Program-made: the position numbers and the translations under genes
In this document: one piece after another, positions 63,580-64,000 of the stretch
Layout: every line of letters starts with the position of its first letter
Numbering within the stretch: position 1 is the first letter of the stretch
Assembly: GCF_036588685.1 (NCBI RefSeq)
Contig: NC_086384.1
Coordinates: 10,230,001-10,294,000 of the forward strand
From: Mytilus trossulus
Lineage: Eukaryota
Length of the DNA stretch: 64,000 bases
Reading direction: 5' to 3'
The notes under the pieces: generated by a model
Seen by the model: the letters and a program-made list of their open reading frames with translations, nothing else
Told to the model about the DNA's origin: nothing
Database searches by the model: none

Positions 63580-64000
63580 AAAAAAAGCACCTTATAATAA
63601 AAAAGCACCTTATAATAGAAAACCACCATCTTATAATAGTAAAGCACCATCTTATAATAGAAAAGCACCTTCTTATAAAAGTAAACCACCATCTTATAAT
63701 AGAAAACCACCATCTTATAATAGAAAACCACCATCTTATAATAGAAAAGCACCTTCTTATAATAGTAAACCACCATCTTATAATAGAAAACCACCATCTT
63801 ATAATAGAAAACCACCATCTTATAATAAAAAAGCACCTTCGTATAATAGGAAACCACCTTCTTATAATAGTAAACCACCATCTTATAATAGAAAACCACC
63901 ATCTTATAATAGAAAACCACCATCTTATAATAGAAAACCACCATCTTATAATAGTAAGCCACCATCTTATAATAGAAAACCACCATCTTATAATAGAAAA
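63580..64000. repeat. 21-bp minisatellite, open at the window end; + frame from ATG 63551 reads (KPPSYNR)n
   Basis: Unit AAACCACCATCTTATAATAGA; no stop in the + frame from 63551 to 64000. Confidence 0.92.

Noticed and set aside
63570-63986. Minus-strand ORF (MVVFYYK)n
   Set aside because: Most unit variants are non-synonymous in this frame, so it is probably the shadow of the 21-bp repeat.

Overview
AT-rich eukaryotic genomic DNA. The repeat families and gene types point to a bivalve mollusc, probably a Mytilus-type mussel (inference). Four supportable host genes lie on the minus strand: two tandem 3-exon MFS transporter paralogues (Mch1/Nodulin-like type) with identical intron positions, an intronless divergent non-alpha nAChR-like Cys-loop channel, and a GT31 beta-1,3-glycosyltransferase. 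The rest is repeat DNA: a 7.2-kb 63-bp satellite with higher-order structure, minisatellites (38, 56, 60, 41, 51 and 21 bp), a near full-length but disabled CR1/L2-group LINE nested in a Penelope-derived repeat, Penelope-like RT fragments ending without an endonuclease, two Helentron-type HINEs, several MITEs (TTAA, TA and 4-bp TSDs) and a local tandem duplication. The most notable system is a ~350-nt non-coding element carrying a minimal type I hammerhead ribozyme and a cUUCGg hairpin. It occurs about 8 times, and three near-full copies start at different points of the same circle, the signature of a retrozyme or circular RNA mobilised in trans. Two tandem repeats (60 bp and 21 bp) show synonymous-biased variation that suggests unannotated repetitive proteins.
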